DNA of 64,000 nucleotides from Panacagrimonas sp. (GTDB lineage Bacteria; Pseudomonadota; Gammaproteobacteria; Nevskiales; Nevskiaceae): NCBI GenBank assembly GCA_052386745.1, contig JBQTJW010000007.1, positions 117,998 to 181,997 of the forward strand, read 5' to 3'. Shown piece by piece: positions 59,643 to 64,000 of this stretch (position 1 is its first letter; each line of letters starts with the position of its first letter). The notes under the pieces were generated by a model. It saw only the letters and a program-made list of their open reading frames with translations, ran no database searches and was not told where the DNA came from. The position numbers and the translations under genes were made by a program.

Positions 59643-60218
59643 ATGGCTCTGTCCCTTCCCGAACTTCCCTATGCCCGCGACGCGCTCGTACCGCACATGT
59701 CGCAGGAAACGCTCGACTACCACTACGGCAAGCACCACAAGACCTACGTCGACAATGCCAACAAGCTGATTGCCGGCACCGAGTTCGAGAACGCCTCGAT
59801 CGAGGACATCGTGCTCAAGTCGTCCGGCAAGATCTTCAACAACGTCGCGCAGATCTGGAACCACACCTTTTTCTGGAACTGCCTCACGCCCAAGCAGGCC
59901 GCGCCCGGCAAGAAGGTGACCGATGCGCTGGTCAAGGCTTTCGGTGGCGTCGAGGACTTCAAGAAGCAGTTCACCGAAGCGGCCGTCGGCACCTTCGGTT
60001 CCGGCTGGGCCTGGCTGGTGAAGAACGAGGACGGCTCGCTCGCCATCACCTCCACCCAGGGCGCCGGCAACCCGATGACGTCCAAGCAGAAGCCGCTGCT
60101 CACCTGCGACGTCTGGGAGCACGCCTATTACATCGACTACCGCAACGCCCGGCCCACGTTCCTGGAGCATTTCTGGGCGCTGGTGAACTGGGATTTCGTC
60201 GAGAAGAATCTCGGCTGA
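59643..60218 (+). CDS. sodB: Fe superoxide dismutase
   Basis: HYGKHH, AQIWNHTFFW and DVWEHAYY; AQxWNH plus GAG (rather than NQD) pattern favours Fe type. Confidence 0.9.
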   Translation: MALSLPELPYARDALVPHMSQETLDYHYGKHHKTYVDNANKLIAGTEFENASIEDIVLKSSGKIFNNVAQIWNHTFFWNCLTPKQAAPGKKVTDALVKAFGGVEDFKKQFTEAAVGTFGSGWAWLVKNEDGSLAITSTQGAGNPMTSKQKPLLTCDVWEHAYYIDYRNARPTFLEHFWALVNWDFVEKNLG

Positions 60219-60242
60219 CAAGAGCCCGAGTTCCGCAGCACC

Positions 60243-60279
60243 GCGGGCCGCACCAGCAGGTGCGGCCCGCTTCTTTTTT
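60243..60279 (+). terminator. rho-independent terminator after sodB
   Basis: GCGGGCCGCACC-AGCA-GGTGCGGCCCGC followed by TTCTTTTTT. Confidence 0.88.
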
Positions 60280-60289
60280 GAGGCGCCGC

Positions 60290-61186
60290 ATGATTCGCCA
60301 CCTGCTGAAGCTGTCCGACCTGAGCGCCGCCGAGGCGAGAGCCATCGTGCTGCGCGCCACCGCGCTCAAGAACCTGCGCGATCCAGGCTTTCGCCCGTTC
60401 CTGGGCAAGACGCTGGCGATGGTGTTCACCAAGAGTTCCACCCGCACCCGCGTCAGCTTCGAGGCCGGCATGGCGCGCCTGGGCGGGCACGCCCTGTTCC
60501 TGACCACGGCCACCACCCAGCTGGGGCGCGACGAACCGATCGCGGACACCGCGCGGGTGCTATCGCGCATGTGTCACGCGATCATGATGCGCAACGACTC
60601 GCAGGCGCAGCTGGGAGAACTGGCGGCGCATTCGCGGGTGCCGGTCATCAACGGCCTGTCGGACCAGCATCACCCCTGCCAGCTGCTGGCCGACGTGCAG
60701 TGCTGGTTCGAGCATCGCGGTGACCCCGCGGGCAAGACGGCGGCGTGGATTGGCGACGGCAACAACGTCTGCCACTCCTGGATCGAAGCGGCGACGCTGT
60801 TCGACTTCACGCTGCGTATCGCCGCGCCCGAAGGCTACCGGCCCGATGCCGGGTTGCTGGCCGCCGCGGGCGAGCGCGTGGTGCTCTGCGCCTCGCCGGC
60901 CGAGGCGGCGCGCGGCGCAGATCTGCTGGTGACCGACACCTGGACCAGCATGGGCCAGGAGGCGGAGCAGAAGCGGCGCCTCGCCGCGTTCGCCGGCTAC
61001 CAGGTGGATGAAGCGCTGATGACCACTGCCAAGCCAGACGCGATCTTCATGCACTGCCTGCCCGCCCACCGTGGCGAAGAAGTTTCGGCCGGGGTGATCG
61101 ACGGCCCGCAGTCCGTGGTCTGGGACGAGGCGGAGAATCGCCTGTGGGCGCAGATGGCACTGCTGGAATTCCTGCTCTCGGCCTGA
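60290..61186 (+). CDS. argF: ornithine carbamoyltransferase
   Basis: KSSTRTRVSFE, HPCQLLAD, TDTWTSMG, HCLPAHRGEE. Confidence 0.95.
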   Translation: MIRHLLKLSDLSAAEARAIVLRATALKNLRDPGFRPFLGKTLAMVFTKSSTRTRVSFEAGMARLGGHALFLTTATTQLGRDEPIADTARVLSRMCHAIMMRNDSQAQLGELAAHSRVPVINGLSDQHHPCQLLADVQCWFEHRGDPAGKTAAWIGDGNNVCHSWIEAATLFDFTLRIAAPEGYRPDAGLLAAAGERVVLCASPAEAARGADLLVTDTWTSMGQEAEQKRRLAAFAGYQVDEALMTTAKPDAIFMHCLPAHRGEEVSAGVIDGPQSVVWDEAENRLWAQMALLEFLLSA

Positions 61187-61201
61187 GCGGCCTGAGCGGG
61201 C

Positions 61202-61597
61202 TCAGCCGCCGCCGGCCGCGTCGCGCGTCTCCAGCACCACGAAGGCGATGACCAGGCCGTTCTCGTCGCTGAACGACACGTGGCCGCCGCCAATTCCAAG
61301 CCCTTCGAGCCGCGCGCGCATGGCATCCGAGTACACCAGGCGCGGCCGTCCCAGTTCGCCGCGCGCGACCCCGACGTCCGGATTCGCGTAGCCGCGCACG
61401 CCGGTGCCAAGTGCCTTGCCGAAGGCCTCCTTGGCAGCCCAGGCCTTCGCCAGAAAATTGGCCCGACGCCTGGATTTTTCAAACTGCGCGAGTTCTTCCG
61501 GATGCAGCAGCCGCTGCGCGAAGCGCCGCGGATGTCGCCGCAGAATCTCTGCCATGCGCGCCTCGCGGATGAGGTCGGTGCCGATGCCGTAGATCAT
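61202..61597 (-). CDS. acpS: holo-ACP synthase
   Basis: MIYGIGTDL, WAAKEAFGKALGTG; downstream of pdxJ. Confidence 0.93.
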   Translation of the reverse strand: MIYGIGTDLIREARMAEILRRHPRRFAQRLLHPEELAQFEKSRRRANFLAKAWAAKEAFGKALGTGVRGYANPDVGVARGELGRPRLVYSDAMRARLEGLGIGGGHVSFSDENGLVIAFVVLETRDAAGGG

Positions 61598-61631
61598 GCG
61601 AGCGCAAAACGAAGGGCCATCGCGACGGTGC

Positions 61632-62399
61632 TCATTCCACGGGCGGCATCCGTGCCTCGCTCATGGCGCGGCGGAACTCCATCACCGCCGCGGGCAGCCC
61701 GATGAACACTGCGCGCGCAATCAACGCATGCCCGATGTTCAGCTCCACGATCTCGGGAATGGCTGCGATCGCAGTCAGGTTCGCCGTGGTCAGGCCGTGG
61801 CCCGCATGCACCTCCAGCCCGGCCTCGAACGCGGATCGCGCGAAGCGGCGGATCAGTTCCAGCTCCTGCGCGGCGGCGGTTCCCTCGGCCTCGCAATATT
61901 TTCCGGTGTGGATCTCGATGTGCGGCGCGCCGGACTTCAGCGCCGCATCCAGCTGGCGCGGGTCGGGGTCGATGAACAGCGCCGCCGCGATGCCCGCATC
62001 GGCCAGCTCGGCGCAGGCATCGCGGATGTCCGCCAGGTGACGGACCACGTCGAGGCCGCCCTCGGTGGTGATCTCGGCACGGCGCTCCGGCACCAGGCAG
62101 GCGTAGCGCGGCGCGGCGCGGCTGGCAATGGCCAGCATCTCGTCGGTCAGCGCCAGTTCCAGGTTCACCGGCACCGGGCAGGTGGCGATCAGGCGCGTGA
62201 GGTCGTGGTCCTGGATGTGCCGGCGGTCTTCGCGCAGGTGGATGGTGATGCTCTCCGCGCCCGCTCCAGCCGCCATCAGCGCCGCTTCCACCGGGTCGGG
62301 ATAAGACGTGCCGCGAGCCTGGCGCAGGGTGGCGACGTGGTCGACGTTGACGCCCAGGCGGATGGGGCCGATCACGACGTCCGCAGGCATCTGGCTCAT
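61632..62399 (-). CDS. pdxJ: pyridoxine 5'-phosphate synthase
   Basis: LGVNVDHVATLRQARG, HLREDRRHI, ELNIGH. Confidence 0.96.
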   Translation of the reverse strand: MSQMPADVVIGPIRLGVNVDHVATLRQARGTSYPDPVEAALMAAGAGAESITIHLREDRRHIQDHDLTRLIATCPVPVNLELALTDEMLAIASRAAPRYACLVPERRAEITTEGGLDVVRHLADIRDACAELADAGIAAALFIDPDPRQLDAALKSGAPHIEIHTGKYCEAEGTAAAQELELIRRFARSAFEAGLEVHAGHGLTTANLTAIAAIPEIVELNIGHALIARAVFIGLPAAVMEFRRAMSEARMPPVE

Positions 62400-62548
62400 G
62401 GTGAAAGTTTGCGGGGCATTCGGGGAATGATACGCGGGCGAGTCATTGACCTTGCGGGCCCGCGATCGACCTGGTTTTCGCGACGGTCATCCGCCGGTCT
62501 GCGGTATCCTGCCGGCCGCATTTTTGCCGCCCAGCCGACCGCCAAGCC

Positions 62549-64000
62549 ATGACCGAAGCCCTGAACCGCCGCTCGAAAACCATCACGGGCGGTGTGGCCC
62601 GCTCGCCCAACCGCGCCATGCTGCGCGCCGTCGGCTTTGGCGATGGCGACTTCGAGAAGCCCATCATCGGCGTGGCCAGCGGCCATTCCACCATGAACCC
62701 CTGCAACGCCGGCATCGCGCCCCTGGTGGCGCGTGCCGAGACGGCGCTGCGCGGCGTGGGCGCCATGCCGCAGACCTTCGGCTTTCCCACCGTCACCGAC
62801 GGTATTTCCATGGGTACCGAGGGCATGAAGTATTCGCTGGTGTCGCGCGAGGTCATCGCCGATTCCATCGAGACCGCGGTCTCGTCGCAGTGCATGGACG
62901 GCGTGCTGGCCGTGGGCGGCTGCGACAAGAACATGCCCGGCGCCATGATCGGCATGCTGCGCCTGAACGTGCCGGCGGTGTTCTGCTACGCCGGCACCAT
63001 CAAGCCGGGCCAGTGGAAGGGCGTTGCCCTCACCGTGGTGTCGTCGTTCGAGGCCGTGGGCGCGTACAACGGCGGCACCATGTCCAAGGAAGACCTGGAC
63101 GGCATCGAGCGCAACGCCTGCCCCAGCACCGGCGCCTGCGGTGGCATGTACACGGCCAACACCATGTCGTCCGCGTTCGAGGCGCTGGGCATGAGCCTGC
63201 TGGGCTCCTCGCAGATGGCCTGCCCGGACGGCGAGAAGGCCGACTCCGTGGCCGACTCGGCGCGCGTGCTGTACCAGGCGGTGGTCAAGCAGATTCGCCC
63301 GCGCGACGTGGTCACGCGCAAGAGCATCGAAAACGCCATCAGCCTGGTCATGGCCACCGGCGGCTCCACCAACGCGGTGCTGCATTTCCTGGCCATTGCG
63401 CACGCCGCCGGCGTGCCGTTCGTGCTGGACGACATCGAGGCCATCCGCGTGCGCACGCCGGTGCTGTGCGACCTCAAGCCCTCCGGCAAGTACGTGGCCA
63501 CCGATTTCCACACCGCCGGCGGCGTGCCGCAGGTGCTGAAGATGCTGCTGGCGCACGGCCTGCTGCACGGCGATGCCCTGACCATCACCGGCGAAACCAT
63601 GGCGCAGGCGCTGGAGCGCATTCCCGCCGAACCGCGCGCCGACCAGGACGTGATCCGCCCCTGGACCCGGCCGATGTACGCGCAGGGACACCTGGCCATC
63701 CTCAAGGGCAACCTGTCGCCTGACGGCGCCGTGGCCAAGATCACCGGCCTGAAGAACCCGGTCATCACCGGCCCGGCGCGCGTGTTCAACTCCGAGGAGG
63801 AGAGCATGGCCGCCATCCTCGGCGACCAGATCAAGCCCGGCGACGTGCTCGTGATCCGCTACGAAGGCCCCAGGGGCGGCCCCGGCATGCGCGAAATGCT
63901 GGCGCCCACCAGCGCCATCATCGGCAAGGGCCTGGGCGAGAGCGTGGGCTTCATCACCGACGGCCGCTTCTCCGGCGGCACCTGGGGCATGGTGGTGGGC
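62549..64000 (+). CDS. ilvD: dihydroxy-acid dehydratase (3'-truncated by window edge; absent from the ORF track)
   Basis: My translation from ATG 62549: [29 protein letters not shown]..., [42 protein letters not shown]. Confidence 0.95.
   Translation, partial: MTEALNRRSKTITGGVARSPNRAMLRAVGFGDGDFEKPIIGVASGHSTMNPCNAGIAPLVARAETALRGVGAMPQTFGFPTVTDGISMGTEGMKYSLVSREVIADSIETAVSSQCMDGVLAVGGCDKNMPGAMIGMLRLNVPAVFCYAGTIKPGQWKGVALTVVSSFEAVGAYNGGTMSKEDLDGIERNACPSTGACGGMYTANTMSSAFEALGMSLLGSSQMACPDGEKADSVADSARVLYQAVVKQIRPRDVVTRKSIENAISLVMATGGSTNAVLHFLAIAHAAGVPFVLDDIEAIRVRTPVLCDLKPSGKYVATDFHTAGGVPQVLKMLLAHGLLHGDALTITGETMAQALERIPAEPRADQDVIRPWTRPMYAQGHLAILKGNLSPDGAVAKITGLKNPVITGPARVFNSEEESMAAILGDQIKPGDVLVIRYEGPRGGPGMREMLAPTSAIIGKGLGESVGFITDGRFSGGTWGMVVG

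Overview
High-GC bacterial DNA, probably gammaproteobacterial (inferred from conserved gene orders mltB-rlpA-dacA-lipB, holC-pepA-lptFG and pdxJ-acpS). Most of the window is recognisable core or envelope function: a 5'-truncated FATP-type acyl-CoA synthetase, a MarR/SlyA-linked RND pump, opgGH, cysS, olsBA-like acyltransferases, lipA/lipB, mlaFEDCBA, mltB-rlpA-dacA, holC-pepA-lptFG, grxD, sodB, argF, acpS-pdxJ and a 3'-truncated ilvD. There are two accessory blocks. (1) 1.9-12.4 kb is a tightly packed nine-gene plus-strand operon followed by a solo LuxR-type regulator, and is the best candidate for an undescribed system. It encodes two paralogous proteins built of alternating acidic and cationic-amphipathic blocks, a HEXXH...EIFAD zinc metallopeptidase, three unknown proteins, a degenerate PIN-like protein, a PD-(D/E)xK-like nuclease carrying a similar acidic leader, and a DUF4438-like protein. 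I infer a protease-unmasked toxin, cell-death or defence module. (2) 39.7-49.9 kb is a type I secretion locus with an RTX/VCBS adhesin and a TolC carrying a ~100-aa insertion, with a near-consensus CRP box in the adjacent intergenic region. No rRNA, tRNA, CRISPR array, integrase or transposase was recognised. All family assignments come from motif reading by eye; no database search was run.
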